This document shows, in pieces, positions 17,357-17,547 of a stretch of 17,547 nucleotides of DNA. The DNA comes from Verrucomicrobiota bacterium (GTDB lineage: Bacteria; Verrucomicrobiota; Verrucomicrobiia; Verrucomicrobiales; DEV007), in contig JASFYY010000136.1 in assembly GCA_045046875.1 (NCBI GenBank), forward strand, positions 1 to 17,547. Direction: 5' to 3'. Numbering within the stretch: the stretch's first letter is position 1; every line of letters begins with the position of its first letter. Both the position numbers and the translations under genes were made by a program. The notes below the pieces were generated by a model. The model had not been told where the DNA came from and made no database searches. It saw nothing but the letters and a program-made list of their open reading frames with translations.

Positions 17357-17380
17357 CACGCAATTCCATTGCATGCTACG
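17357..17380 (-). repeat. GTAG-type REP element, direct variant of 17206-17229
   Basis: - strand CGTAGCATGCAATGGAATTGCGTG; hairpin CATGCAAT-GGA-ATTGCGTG with one T-G wobble. Confidence 0.65.
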
Positions 17381-17392
17381 CGGCCGCCCTAC

Positions 17393-17420
17393 AATTCTAA
17401 ATCCTGAATTCTAACTCCTG
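17393..17420. repeat. Heptamer-periodic tandem repeat
   Basis: aattcta aatcctg aattcta actcctg (14-bp unit x2, one mismatch). Confidence 0.6.
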
Positions 17421-17431
17421 AACCCTTCCCC

Positions 17432-17545
17432 CTACGGCCTCGGGCCGCTCGGTGAACCGAACAAACGGAAGCTGCTGTATTGACGGCTGTTCACATCGTA
17501 AGTCCAAAAGGTGCGTCCTCCATTGCTCACCTGCGGTTGATAACG
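17432..17545 (-). CDS. Possible 3' end of a gene entering from beyond the window
   Basis: Open frame RYQPQVSNGGRTFWTYDVNSRQYSSFRLFGSPSGPRP-stop (TAG at 17432-17434); too short to assign. Confidence 0.35.
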   Translation of the reverse strand, partial: RYQPQVSNGGRTFWTYDVNSRQYSSFRLFGSPSGPRP

Positions 17546-17547
17546 CG

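Overview
Bacterial window; gene content and protein style suggest a Verrucomicrobia/PVC-type genome (inference). Left, + strand: an assimilatory nitrate/nitrite locus with 5'-truncated nirA, a CysJ-like diflavin reductase, a 4Fe-4S/DmsC-type membrane fusion and a NarB/NasA-type nitrate reductase. A LysR regulator is divergent from a NarK-family transporter that has a sigma54-type promoter; a PP2C-Ser/Thr kinase fusion and a PIG-L deacetylase follow. An AT-richer PaaX-family gene (wHTH plus Cas2-like domain) interrupts the locus and is bracketed by two near-identical ~38-bp palindromes in inverted orientation. Right, - strand: a GbsR/MarR-type regulator and a five-gene, mostly membrane operon (DCC thiol-oxidoreductase/MBOAT fusion, two paralogous membrane proteins, DUF2071, DoxX-like) sharing a repeated operator-like motif. 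Non-coding DNA holds GTRG-type REP elements with covarying stems, short periodic repeats and a G4-type tract. There is strong C>G skew on the + strand regardless of gene direction.
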